The translations under genes were made by a program, and so were the position numbers. Shown here piece after piece: positions 1-16,262 of a stretch of 64,000 nucleotides of DNA. The number at the start of each line of letters is the position of its first letter. The first letter of the stretch is position 1. Source of the DNA: Calcarisporiella thermophila CBS 279.70 (Eukaryota > Fungi > Calcarisporiellomycota); the NCBI RefSeq assembly GCF_041956535.1, contig NW_027192199.1, forward strand, positions 124,001 to 188,000, in the 5' to 3' direction. Under the pieces are notes generated by a model. It was not told the DNA's origin. It saw only the letters and a list, made by a program, of their open reading frames with translations, and made no database searches.

Positions 1-1317
1 CTGGAAAGCATTGTTAGTCAAATGAGTTCTAAACAGTGGATATTCATGCTCACTTACTGGGCATTTTCCGCATGGAGTTTCTGTCCACGCATCGCCCTCG
101 AATTTCATCTTCACTGATCGATACATCCACTCGACTTGTCCTTCATCGTCATCATCGCCCCAATCTGCAGGATCATAGACAGGAGTAACCTTTTCTATTT
201 TTCCGTCATATATGAGCGTGTCGAGGAGAGCTGTTATGTCCTCGAGAGACAACTCTACAGAAGATATACGGCTCTCGGTAATAAAACGCCGGACTTGCGT
301 TGCGGTCGGAAAATGCACATAATTGGCTGGGTAAACGGCATTTTCAGCACGTGGAGGATAGCTCTAACAAGGAGCTAAGAGTATTAGCATACTAATGAAG
401 CGAGGAGAAGAGTAGATGGATTATAATTACTCTTGACTGGATATATTTGAAGCAAGCCTTTTGAAGATTCTCAATGAAATCCACATCTAGCTCTTGATCC
501 GTGTACCATGTTCCACCTGTTACCTCTGTCGAAGGCGTCAATTCGTAAAGCATATAGACCTTTCGTGTCGGATTCTAAACATGATGTATGCACACTCGCT
601 CAGAAAAAGATCGCTTACACGACTATATCAAGTGTAATTGTTAAATTACCTTTACTGATTTGACCGATTTGACCAACTGCTTTTGCTCTAATGTCTTCAA
701 GCATCGCATTACTACTTGTTGATGAAGTCCTGTCTTTGTTTTTAGAGTCCTTGTCCAAATTCCCTCATTGCCCGAAGCCTTGATGTGCTGGTAGACCAGT
801 TTCTCTTCCCCTTCTAGTTGCGAGAATCTAGTATTGGCAAAAATGAATTATAAATTCAGCATACACAAAAAATGATCGTTAAGACACTTACTTTCCAGCA
901 TCCTCCGCCTTCACAGCACGATAATAATTTGTTTTTCCATCTGCGGCAATATCTAATAGCCCCTAATTTATTCCATTGGAATTAAGTATCAGGTGAATGC
1001 AGGGATATCGAAACGAATATATGTCCGCCTACCTTTCTTGACAAGCTGTTGATGCAAAAAATAATACTCTCAATCGACAGGTTAATAGTCTTGAAATCCT
1101 CATCCGTGAGCCCCTACAAAATTTGGTAGCCAGTATGGCAAAGGCAATATTAAATGTAAATACAAACATAATAGCTCATTCAGTTTGTCCCTAATTCCTT
1201 AGAGAAAACAAGAGCAAATCGGGCACTCACCTTAGGTGTATTTAACGCTGCCTCATAAAATATCTTCTCATTTTCGTTCAATCCCGCCGGTAACTCATGC
1301 TTTCTCGAGTTCTCCAT
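1..1317 (-). CDS. RPC34: RNA polymerase III subunit RPC34/RPC6 (multi-exon, 3' end runs off window)
   Basis: Spliced translation MENSRKHELPAG...EEKLVYQHIKASGNEGIWTRTLKTKTGLHQQVVMRCLKTLEQKQLVKSVKSVK-NPTRKVYMLYELTPSTEVTGGTWYTDQELDVDFI...TETPCGKCP matches the family signature. GT-AG introns. Confidence 0.9.
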
Positions 1318-1487
1318 CCTTATAGTCTCAACTCTAGCTAACCTTCAGCGTAGGAGAAGAAATGGGCATTTCACTAAAGACTGCGCCATTTGTGACTGCC
1401 TTCTTTATATTGAATAGAAGCACTACAACATTTATTGACTAAAACAGTAAGAATAAGCTTGAGAAAACTGATGTATCTCGGACAATG

Positions 1488-4389
<2,902 letters not shown>

Positions 4390-4537
4390 AATGACAATTC
4401 TGAATAACGACACAAAAAAATTGTATGGATTAAATGATAAAATAATCAGGAACGCCGTCGCTTTCTAATGTGTAATTTGATATCGTAGCGAAAGAAAATC
4501 GTAAATGACCCAAATTAAAAGGTGCGTCAAGTTTTGT

Positions 4538-4643
4538 CGCGAAATTTTGTAAAAAAATTTATATTACGCGAATTTTCGTGATGAGCTAAGTTGAGGGCAA
4601 CTTCGAATTAAGCCACATCCCAAGAAATACGATTGAAACGCGT
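4538..4643. promoter_or_regulatory. Cluster of MCB/SCB-like G1/S elements in the MCM5-ARP3 divergent promoter
   Basis: CGCGAAA 4538-4544, ACGCGAA 4566-4572, CACGAAAA on minus strand 4573-4580, ACGCGT 4638-4643. Confidence 0.55.
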
Positions 4644-4713
4644 GTCTGTGGGGGGAGGGGACTTATTACCAAGCTCTACTATTGTCCTAAATCCATAAAA
4701 TCATTAAAGCAGG

Positions 4714-6158
4714 ATGCCGACCAACCTCGCCCCAGCCGTTATTGATAATGGCACAGGCTACACGAAAATGGGATTCGCCAACAATAGCGAGCCCGCTTTT
4801 GTAATTCCGACCGCAATCGCCACTCGAGATGGAGGATCATCTAGCGGAGGTCCTGCTGTTCCATCCAAACCTGCTTTTATCTCATCCAACCTCGCATCGA
4901 AGCGCGGTATTGAAGATCTTGATTTTTTTATCGGAGATGAGGCCATTGCAAACTCTAAATCCTACGCATTACATTATCCCATTCGACACGGGCAAATTGA
5001 AAACTGGGATTATATGGAGCGTTTTTGGGAGCAAAGCATCTTTAAATATTTGCGATGTGAACCTGAGGATCACTACTTCCTTCTTGTAAGATGCTGAGGG
5101 ATTGGATGAAAATTCAGAACCCTCGAGCTAATTGATTTTTTTTTCTTTATTGTTCTAGACTGAGCCGCCATTAAATGCACCTGAAAACAGAGAGAATACT
5201 GCCGAAATCTTTTTTGAATCTTTTAATGTGCCTGGTATGTACATTGCGGTGCAAGCAGTTCTTGCTCTCGCTGCCGGCTGGTCCTCCAACAAAGTGTCTG
5301 AGCAAACGTTGACCGGAACCGTCATTGACTCGGGTGATGGAGTCACACATGTCATTCCCGTTGCGGAAGGATATGTAATTGGCTCTGCAATTAAACACAT
5401 TCCCATCGCAGGCCGTGATATTACGCATTTCGTACAGCAATTGTTGAGGGAACGGGGAGAAGCAATTCCACCTGAGGACTCCCAACGAGTCGCAGAGTTG
5501 ATTAAGGAGCAATATTCATATGTCTGCCCTGACATTGTGAAAGAATTCAAAAAATACGATCAGTCACCAGGAGAGCTGTTCAAAAAGTATGAAGGAATCC
5601 ACAGCGTCACTCAGCGTGTAAGTATTGTTATTTTCCCTCCCCCTATTAAATATAATACTTATAGCATGATATGTCACATTGTCTCTTTACTATTAGCCAT
5701 ACACTGTGGATGTCGGCTTCGAACGTTTCCTTGCACCAGAAATCTTTTTCAACCCTGAAATAATTAGCAGTGATTTCCTAACCCCTCTACCCGAAGTTGT
5801 GGATGGCGTTATCCAAGCAAGCCCGATTGATGTTCGTCGTGGGCTCTACAAGAACATTGTTCTTTCCGGTGGATCAACAATGTTCAAGGATTTCGGCAAG
5901 CGTTTGCAACGAGATATTAAGCGACTTGTAGATGTAAGAATCAGAAGAAGTGAGGAGCTGAGTGGCGGTATTCATCGAGCAAAAGCAATGGAAGTTAACG
6001 TTATTTCGCATAAACGACAACGTCACGCCGTCTGGTTCGGTGGCTCTCTGATGGCCTCAACAAATGAATTCTACTCATATTGCCACACCAAAGCAGAGTA
6101 CGAGGAATATGGACCCTCCATTGCTCGTCATAACCGTGTATTCTCGACTATTGCATAA
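4714..6158 (+). CDS. ARP3: Actin-related protein 3 (Arp2/3 complex), 3 exons
   Basis: [73 protein letters not shown]. Confidence 0.97.
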
Positions 6159-6411
6159 ATCTTGAGTGAGCATCATTTTTCGGAGAGTTTCAAAGAAAGA
6201 AACTATGCCTAGGTGCCTCGTGAATATGGCTTCTCTTTTTCTTTAGCATTCTCAATTTTCTTATGAAGAGCTTGTTATAAAATATATATAAAGATGAATG
6301 ATTTAAAAGATAGAAAACTTCGCTGCATAGAATTAAACTTTTCATAAAAAGGCTCCTTAGAAAAAATGGAAAAAAAAAATATTACACAAAAAAAAAAGAA
6401 CGAACAAAAGT

Positions 6412-7727
6412 TTAATTTGGATTAATTTCTCCCAAGAACAAATTTCTATCCGTTGATCCTGACACTAGGATCGGTTCACGCGGGTGAAAATCAACCTCAT
6501 TGACACAGCCCTTATGCCCGGGCAGTTTATACAAGATGCGCTGTCTCTCCACCTCCCACACAACCACAGTGCGATCCCCAGAACCACATGCAATACGTTC
6601 GCCATCTGGAGACCATGCTGGTTTAATGAGATTCCTTTCCGCACCATGCGGAGCTCCTTCAAAGATTTTGAGGAGGCGAGAGGAGGATGCAAAGGGCTTT
6701 ACATCCCAAATGCGGACTATTCGTTGTAGAGTATAAGACAATGGCAGAAAGAAAATACCAAAGTAAAACAAAAATTACCTGTGTTGTCCATAGCATTTGA
6801 CAAAAGATGTGATCCACTTGGACTTAATCTTAGTCCTGTTATCGTATCCATATGACCTTTGAGTGAATAAGCAATTGCATCTTTGCGCAAATCCCATGCT
6901 TTCACGATATTATCTACTCCTCCGGAAAATACCATTTCCCCACCAAGGCTAAAACATGTCGCTGTAATTGGATACCCATCGTCCAAGACTTTTACAGCTT
7001 CTTTTTGTCGCAAATCCCAGATACGTATAGTTCCATCATCGCTGCCACTCACGATCATCTCGGGTCCACGGGGTGCAGGGCAGCAACTATTTACAAATGA
7101 ACTGTGACCCTTGAACTTCTTAACACGCTCGCCAGATTTTGCATCCCATGCGCTCACTGTCTTGTCAGTGGAACAGCTGTAAATCATGGAGCCATCTCGC
7201 GACCAGTGAAGCTCCATAATTGGGCCTGCATGACCTCTGATGAGACCATAATTGATGCAATCTCCATACGTGTTCCATAGCACTAAAATCCAAAGATTTA
7301 TAGTGAATGCACGCTAATAAAACAATAAATCAAAATGCATACAGATAGTTTTATCGTGGGAACCCGAAGCAACAAATTCTCCAGTAGGATCAAATTTACA
7401 AGTGAACACTTCTCCCTATGATTTAAAGGCATTTGATAAATATTATTGAAATATAAATCCTAGGAATATCGTTAAATTCATTACCGAGTGTCCACTCAAC
7501 AACATAATCGGTGCCTGCAATCCTGACGTTCTTTTTATTTGCTATAAAAATAATAAGATTAGATTGTAGTTGCTATTAAATTCTATTAAAAGACTTACTG
7601 AGCCAGTGATCGTCAGGCTATTAGATGATTTCCCAATCGATAATGCTTTAGACTCATCTTCGGCGCGCTGTCGTTTGACAATTGCTCCACTTGACTCGGA
7701 TGTGGGTGGGCTTTTTCTCTTATCCAT
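6412..7727 (-). CDS. SNRNP40: U5 snRNP 40 kDa WD40 protein (Spf38-like)
   Basis: RTSGLQAPIMLLSGH, WD repeats, VRIWDVKPFA, ILYKLPGHKGCVNEVDFHPREPI. Confidence 0.9.
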
Positions 7728-7897
7728 AGTTGATGTATATCCAAAAAAAGTTAATTTCTTGATCGTGTAGGATTATGTTGCTAGTATCAAATTTTCGAAG
7801 CCACAGTCACGCACTAAATTTTCGAGCAGAGAAAAGTAAACAAGGGATCTCTTTATAGGATCGCAGTTCCATCTCAAGAAATAAATATATTAACGCA

Positions 7898-9345
7898 ATG
7901 GTAAGATTGCCAACATTACATCTACATCATAGCTATATTTATTTGCTAACTCTCGTAAAATGCTTGCAGCGTCCGATCTTGCTCCAAGGCCATACCCGTT
8001 CACTGACGCAGATCAAGTACAACGGTGAAGGCGATCTGCTTTTCACTGTTGCAAAAGATAATGTCGTAAATGTATGGTACTCACACAATGGAGAGCGTTT
8101 AGGAACTTATCACGGACACCAGGGTGCTGTCTGGACAGTAGATGTGAACTGTTAGTACAATCGATTAAATTTACTTTTACAATCTTTGATGATTTATTCG
8201 CGATTTTCTTTCTCTGATATGAATAGCCAACTCTACATTGCTCGTCACTGGATCTGCTGACAATAGTGCCAAACTCTGGGAGGTCCGTACTGGAAAATGC
8301 CTTAAGACATGGGAATTCCCTACTGCCGTTAAGCGCGTTGAATTTAGTGAAGGCGATGATATGATCCTTTTGGTGACTGAGCGCCGTATGGGACATCCCG
8401 GTGGTATTGTAGTTCTACAAGTGAATAAGGATGGCCCCGAATGTAAATACTATGCATACTTATAATTCTGAAATTAATAATTAAAAGTTGATTTTATGAC
8501 AGATCCTGATGAGCCTATTACAACTATTACCCCCGAAGGGTCCAAAGTCACCGTTGCTGGCTGGGGTTACATGAACAAATTTATCGTTGCTTGTCACGAG
8601 GATGGGAGTGTCTGTCAGTACGACTGGAAGGTATTGGAAATGAGTGATTTTCTTGTCTACATTATTATTCATATAAATATTTTCTAATAGACTGGTAACC
8701 GCCTTAAGCAAATTCGCCCTCACTCGGCCACCATTGTTGATTTGCAGTTCTCAGACGATCGCACCTACTTCATCACTGCCTCCAAAGATAAAACCGCACA
8801 AGTAATTGAATTCTTTCACCTTTGCTCTCAACTTCCCGCTCATCCTACTTTGTTTTGAAATAGATTTTTGAAGTGAATTCGCTGACATCTCTCAAAAAGT
8901 ACTCAACCGATACTCCTCTTAACTCCGCCTCCATCACACCTATCCAAGATTTCGTAAGAATGATTGAAACCCATCTTCGGCATTAGCACATCAACTAACT
9001 TTGATCTGGACTCTAGGTTGTATTGGGGGGTGGTCAGGAAGCTATGCAGGTCACCACCACGACTCAGCGCGCAGGTAAATTCGAATGCCGCTTCTGGCAT
9101 AAGATTCTGGAAGAGGAGGTTGGCCGTGTAAGAGGTCACTTCGGTCCTATCAATACTATTGCGGTACATCCTGATGGGCGGAGGTATGAATCTTTCCATT
9201 TATTCATTACAATTTAGGCTATTATTTGAATAGAGGTCCTGAATTTTGCATGCTCTTACTTAGTTTCTCGAGCGGTGGAGAAGATGGTTATGTGCGTGTG
9301 CACCACTTTGACCAGGATTACTTCAAATTCAAAGTAGAGGTGTAA
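7898..9345 (+). CDS. TIF34: Translation initiation factor eIF3 subunit I (first coding exon is ATG only)
   Basis: [81 protein letters not shown]. Confidence 0.95.
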
Positions 9346-9614
9346 AACAATTTTCGGCTGTTATCGTGTTTTTTGATTCCCAAAGTTAAAGAGCTAAGCT
9401 GTAAAACTGTTTATGGGATCTCTGGTTTTTAATTGAAAATACATCATTTATTCCATGCTTTCTTTATTCGGGTGTATCAAATGAATCGCAGATCTATCCT
9501 CAGCATTAAAGAGCTCAGAACAAATGAATTATATATAAAGAAATCGCAAACATCACCTGAAATTAAATATAGTACAACATATAAATTTGTACAAGTTACA
9601 TGTAATTTAAATAT

Positions 9615-12397
9615 CTACACATCTGCTCCATTAGTTGCGCTTTCCATTCTCAATCGGCGCTCGCGCTTCTTTTCCCACACTGTACGCACCACTTTTCTTA
9701 ATTCTTCCAATCCTTCCATGAAGTTGGTTTCTCCAAGATGGACCAATGCCTCAACTTGATGCGGCTTATACTCAAACGACCACGTGGAGCAGAATGAATC
9801 CAACTGAGGGTTGATGGGCGGCAGATTTGCCTCTTCATCTTGAATGGCTGATGCATCGGGGGTAGAAGCTTCACCGTTCACGAGTTTTACTTTCTCATTA
9901 GGAATAAGTGGGAAATACACCACGGTAATCGGCTTCTGTATTGATTCTTTTCTACTCTCACTCATTTCCGTCGATGATAGGTCTTCAACAGTGGTCTCCT
10001 CAGCTTCTCCAACAAAAGTGGTCACATAGCCGAGGCCGTATTCCTGCAGAATTCCTTTTGCAGGAGACGTCATTTTATTCCGGGACTGTACATGTTGTTC
10101 CTCTAGCTTGTCCTGTTCTGCCCGATTGTTTTCCCGTTTTTCTTCACTCTCAAGCGCATCTTTGACTTCCTCCTTCGGCCATCCAGCTCCCACCGGCCAC
10201 CCTTTTATGCCTCTCCGAAGAGCATATCCTTCTGCACGCTCGAACCAAGGAGTATTTGTTATATCGTTTGAGCTATCTAAGGCCACGATCACATCTACAT
10301 CTCGACCTTCACGCAGTAGCGGGTAAAAAGGTAAATTGTTATCCACTCCTGCGTCCATAAGACAGAGGTTAGGTGATAAGGATACAGATTCTGGAGTAGT
10401 TGAGGAGAGTGGCACATGGTAGAATGGATTCGGGAAGCAAGCGGGAGAGATAGGGTGATATTTGCCCATCTCCTTAACAAACTGTAATGGATCCAGAAAT
10501 TAGTTCCAACTAAAAGTCCAAAATTTATCCTGCATAGTGAGAGAGCTCACCTCTTTGACCATTGCATCCAGGGGTTCTGTCATTGTTCCTGGCAATAGTG
10601 CTCTGACTTCTTCATAATAATGTGCAAGGGACGCCGAAAATGCACTCCCAAACAATCCCAGGAGAATATTCAGTCCCAACTCTGGGACCCTTTCCACATT
10701 CTTCCCATTATCAAATGACCTCCCGAATCCCCATGTTGGAACCCATGCACCAAACTCTTCGCATCCGACCTCGTATGGCGTAATTTCAAACCACTGGTAA
10801 TAATCATCCTCCTGAGAGGATTGCTGCTCCTGCTTGATATTTTCTGTCTTTGCATGTGCGTTTTCTTGCATTTCCTTCTTCATGCTATCACTCCCCCCCT
10901 CTTCATCTTTAGCGTGCTCCACTATGACTTGCCCTGGTATTTCATGTCGCACTACTGTGTAAATAGGCAACGGTTCAGATCCATCATCAACAAACCGACG
11001 TTGGCTCGATATCTTTAAGCCGCTAAAATCAGTGAGCGGCTTCACTTCAAGTTCCTCCGATTTCTTCCTCTCCCCTCCATCAATTTCTATTTCTTTTGCA
11101 TTTTTGGCCACCGTTTCCGTGAAGAAAACGCTACTCAACAGTGTTCCAAACATTTCTACCAGAGAAAGTGGCTGTCCCTGTTCTACGCGATGCACTATTC
11201 CACTAAGCACAAGTTCATTTGCAGGAATGCTTGACACAACCTTTAAGAAATGGGAAAAGTTCACGGGATGACAATATAGCTGGCGCTTGAATTGATCCAA
11301 AAGTCTCTCAAAATCTGCATTCGCAGTTGAAAAGTACCGTGAAAGACACCAGCACGAACCTGACACCCCGGATACATACATTGCACAATCAAAAAATCCT
11401 ACACTCTTCATTGCTTTGAGGAAGCCCAAAGTCGAAAGGGCTGCACGATATCCTCCTCCGCTCGCCGCAATACCAATAACTGGAATATCTTCATCGTGCA
11501 ATTCGTTTTCAGGAACTCCGATAAATTTAGCCAGGTGACGCTTAATGTTTTTACGTCGCGCGCTGGCAAATGCTCGCTCCTGATGGCAGAGGTCATTTGA
11601 AATCCTATAAGGGTATTTTAATTTTTGTTGACATAAATGTGCCATTCTGCAAATTTTTAAAATCCTTACCTTACAGTTGCGTCCCATTCAATCTCAGGGT
11701 ATAGCTCTACATTTTTGGCTTTCTCTTTAATAATAGAAAATAAACTTCCCTCGCCCATACTCAATTCATTGTATATCCGTTGGTATGCTTCTCGATAAGC
11801 CTCAAATGCTGCTGGAAAAGCATTACTCCAGTCATCAAGCCTTTCTTTCAGTCCACTCAAAGAGGGAAATTCTGGGAGATCTAAGTCGAATGGGGTAACT
11901 TGGATCTCTGAGAGTTTAGCTATGAGATTGTCAAGAGATAAGTTGGGTTTATTGTCGTTGCCTTCTTTCTTTTTAATCGACCCGGAATCCTCGACTGGAG
12001 TACATTCAGATTGATTTGGATCTTTATCTACGCCTTTAGATGTATTACCATCGGTTATATGGTCTCTAAGTGAAGAAATATTTGCTGCTGAGCTAATATT
12101 AGAGACAGCCCTTGGAATTTTATTATTTTCCCCTTCTGCACCAAACATCGATGAATATTATTGTTAATAAATAGTAAAATATGACTGAAACCTCCAAGCT
12201 ATTCCCATACCTTTCTCGACGCTCTGCTCTTTACATTCCACGGTCCTTCTGACCACATTATTGGCGCCAAGAACCAATGTGCTTCCCCCTAACAAAAGCC
12301 CTAATGTTGCCAGCCGTGTTTTTGGTTTATTATAGAACTGTCTGGACAGTAAAGGGCTAAATTTTTGGATTCCCTTTAATATGATTCTGTGCTGCAT
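9615..12397 (-). CDS. Cytosolic-type phospholipase A2 / lysophospholipase (PLA2c domain)
   Basis: SGGGYRA oxyanion loop, GVSGSCW nucleophile elbow, WFEITPYEVG, LMDAG catalytic Asp. Confidence 0.88.
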
Positions 12398-12560
12398 CGG
12401 TGAAAGAGAGGCAAGAGGAAGTCAAAAGAAGTGGCAATTCTCGCGAGATAAATGAGATTTTTAATTCGCGGCGCAGTAGAAATAGAACACGATCGAAATC
12501 TGAAAAAAAATAAAGTCGAATTCTACCTGTCTACACCGCTTCAACAGTAAACTATTCAAA

Positions 12561-13824
12561 ATGCCAAAGTGTACTCATCGAGGCTGTGAACAGGAGTTCT
12601 CTGAGAGCGAAAATAGCGATACAGCCTGCCAGTATCACCCACTTCCTCCAATATTCCATGAAGGCCTTAAAGGGTAAGACTTCATCGATGCGGCTCATTT
12701 CTTTACATGAAATAATTCAGGAGTTTATTTTAAGCTGGCAATGCTGCTCAAAGCGAGTAACCGATTTCGATGATTTCCTCAAAATCCCCGGTTGCACCAC
12801 AGGACGTCATTCAACCGCCCCTGTACCTGCCCCTACTCCTGCTCCTTCCAAACCCGCTCATGAAAGTGCCCCTAAACACAGTCACATCGAGAACGGTGTG
12901 GAGCATTATGGATTGCCCGTTACCCCTCCTCCTCCGGCAATGCGCTCCACTCCTGTTCCTTTCCCTCCCGCTACTCCTCCGCCAAATGAAGTGACAAAAG
13001 AATCAATTATTGAGGTTGAAGAAGAGGATGATTTGAGCATACCTGTCCCTCCTGGAACTACCTGTAAGCATAAGGGCTGCGGTGTTCAATACAAGGACGA
13101 TGCGACATCCCGTTTCGAGGGAGGAGAAGAGGCTACCTGCATTTATCATCCTGGCGTCCCAGTTTTTCATGAAGGAAGCAAAGGGTGGAGTTGCTGCTCG
13201 CGCCGTGTGCTAGAGTTTGACGAGTTCTTGAAAATTAAGGGCTGCAAAATTGGAAAGCATCTTTTTGTAGGTAGCGGAAAGAAGGATGATGAAAAAAAAG
13301 AAGAGCTTGTGGATTGCAGACATGACTGGTATCAGACCCAAACACATATTATCATGTCAGTATTCGCAAAGAAAGTTAATAAGAACGATTCCAATATCAC
13401 CATCCATCAGCAGAGTGTATGTATATTGACGTCATTTGGAAATTACTCTTTCCATCGTGTTAACACATTCTTGCTTGTAGATTGAGATGGATCTCAAAAT
13501 GGCTGATGGGAAGCGCTATCATAAGACGATTATTTTGTTTGAGGTAATTATTTCGACTATTTTTATAAAATTAGAGGAATTTTGCTCACCCATCTGCCCC
13601 GTGATATTTAGCCGATCGATCCTGAGCAGAGCAAGTACGAAGTTCTTACGACCAAAGTTGAACTAAAACTCAAGAAAACAAGTGGAATTTCGTGGCCAAG
13701 CTTGGAACCCACCGAAAATATTACTTCATACACCACGTTTGGGCTCACCGGAACAAGTGGAACAGTGGGAGGAAAAGAGATGCATATCGCAGGAGATGTA
13801 CCTATCTATGCGCTAAAGAAATAA
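12561..13824 (+). CDS. CHORD-CHORD-CS Hsp90 co-chaperone (CHORDC1/Rar1-like)
   Basis: Two CHORD domains (C..H..C...YHP..P.FHEG.KGW.CC...V.FD.FL.I.GC..G.H), Pro-rich linker, CS domain RHDWYQT. Confidence 0.92.
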
Positions 13825-13970
13825 TCTCTTTTTAATTAAAAAAAACGAACACTGCTCATAGTTAGATCCAGCTTTCTCCTTTTTTTGCTGTTTATTCAAA
13901 AAATAAATGATTATAATAAAGGGCTCTTTTTTTTTGAAAGAAAAAAATTGGCTATTTTCGAATACAGCCC

Positions 13971-16053
13971 TCAACAAATATAAACATTTCCCATCCAATC
14001 TTCCTCTAATCTATTTCGATCGACTGTCCAGATTTCATCTTTTGGAGTGTAGCGCGTTAGCGGTAGATCATAGGGTAGAGGGAGCTTCACCACTTTAGGA
14101 GGCGCAGATGAAGAGGTAGGAGAAGATGCCGAAGGTTGGTATGAATTCCATTGAGGAGTCAAGTAAACGCGCTCTCCACTACTGGAGAATAATTCAGGAA
14201 ACACTAGCACTCCGAGCTCATAGTTCCTGATCATTAGTTGAGTTTCCTATAACCATTGTATTCACAAAGATAGAGGTCAGCAAATAGGGGATGCATGACA
14301 TGCCAATTCTTTTACACTACATTGATTTGCAATTCGCCCCAAGCAGCCTTGCTCATATTCGCACTCGTTAATAAAAACCACGCCAGAACCGCCCCATCTG
14401 ATTTACACTCCTCTTGATCTTTTCTCAGTTTGCTGTCTCCCTTCAATATGGTTAACCTTGTGTAGGTCTTAATATGTGGCATCGATCGTTCTCTTTCCGA
14501 TGTTAGTGCTTTCCATCGATACAAAAAGTTTTGCATCCATCCGCGTTGTTTTTCCCAATTTTTTGAAGCAAAGGGTAGCGCACGACCCGCTGCCCACCCC
14601 TCAACACTATCACGCACGGCATCAACGGTAGGATAAATCATAGCGAGTTTTGGGTGTGAGCACCTGGCTGCATTTCGGGCAGCCGAAAATGACTTGCAAA
14701 GTTGGCCACGAAACCAGCCGTCTGTTTTGGTTAGAGAACCGATGCTTGAGAACTTGATAAAGAAAAAATTCAACCGTTAATAGGATAACCATTTCGGCGA
14801 CCTAATTTATATCCTTTACTTGGCAGACGATTGTTGAGTCTAGCTGACATTCTTGAGGAATGTTTACGCTCCGCTCCAGCACACTCTTCACCTTTAAATG
14901 CCCATATTTTTGCATGGAGTTGCCCTTCCACCTTCCTGGCAATGATGCAATCAATACCGCCTTGATGCCACTAAAATCATACCGTTTTATCATTCGCACA
15001 AATGATTCTAACTTCTTTCCATAGTATGCCAAATAATCCACGAGATCCTGTTCAAATGTCACTGAGGGTGCACTAGCAGATTTAAGAGGAAGAAAAGGCG
15101 AAATATAAACTGCCTGGGTTTTTTTTCTGCAAATGATAGCGAACAGAGAAATCGAGATATAACAATAGGCGATAAAAGGGCAGTTACATATGATAGGGCT
15201 TACGTCCAGTCACCTGTAACAAGGTTTGCTGTATGAATAACCACGCGAAGGGTATTATTGGAGTAAAATAACAGCATTGCCTAAAGAAATAGAGAAATGA
15301 GCATCAACAAATGAATTGACTCCGTTACGTTTTGCACGAGACTTGCCTTCGTATGATGCGAACCTGAAGTATATAAACGTCTTCATTAACTGGTACAACT
15401 TAAATGTCACTTGAGCAACTTACCATAGCTAAAGGGTAAATTCGCTGTGTGAAGCGTAACATTTGGATAAAGAGTAGCGACTTGCTCCTGACGGGATGAT
15501 ATCATGGAATTAGTAACCTTTATAACAATACAAGTTGCCATAGAAGTATATTACCTTTAAAAGAGCGCGATACTCTTCATCCGTGTTATGACCGTGCACA
15601 ATTGTAACCGGCATGGTTGTTTTTTTTGCTTCAGGAAGATTTTCCATCAGGAAAGTTAGATCTAAATGAAAATTCAGCTGAAGCATTTCTTTCAAATCCC
15701 CCTAATTCAAAGAAATGATTATGACTTTCATCAGCTAACGCGTGTGTCATTATACTTGCCTCGCCTAAGATCTGGGCAAGCGTAACACATCTTGTATTCG
15801 CAGTGTCGGGTAGACAGTCGACTTGCGTCAAACAAATCCCATGGTCATTCGATGCTGGTGAAGCTGATTCAGTCGCTCTAGCTCGTTTGGTGTGTTGAGA
15901 TTCATCCTCCGAACTAGCAGAGAAAATCTACACAAAACACAATACTAGATAAGAGATAAACGGTATGATAGTATCTTTGGTTATGAGGCTGGTCAGGCTA
16001 GATACCTCACTATCCGCAGGGGTGCTAATTTTGCTGGTCTTCCGTTTCAGCAT
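13971..16053 (-). CDS. TDP1: Tyrosyl-DNA phosphodiesterase 1 (multi-exon)
   Basis: Two catalytic HxK motifs (GSHHTKAMLL...HTANL and PHIKTY...TSANMSKAAWG) and IRNYELGVL. Confidence 0.9.
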
Positions 16054-16262
16054 TTGGCAACTATTCCGCCTTCGAAGGTGACATTTTCGCAAGAAATTGT
16101 GCTAATTTTTTTCAAGCTCCGTATAGGCAAATCGGCACTTGCCTAGTGTTTTTTGGGTAACTGTCATATTTAATATATAACAAGGCAATTGCAATCTCTC
16201 TTGATATAATCTCTAATCCTTGAAGTTCGCAAGAGAAAGGGACACGAAGCTGTAGGTTGGTA

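Noticed and set aside
5096-5124. GAAA-tetraloop hairpin in ARP3 intron 1
   Set aside because: Short single stem in a normal-length intron; insufficient evidence of function.
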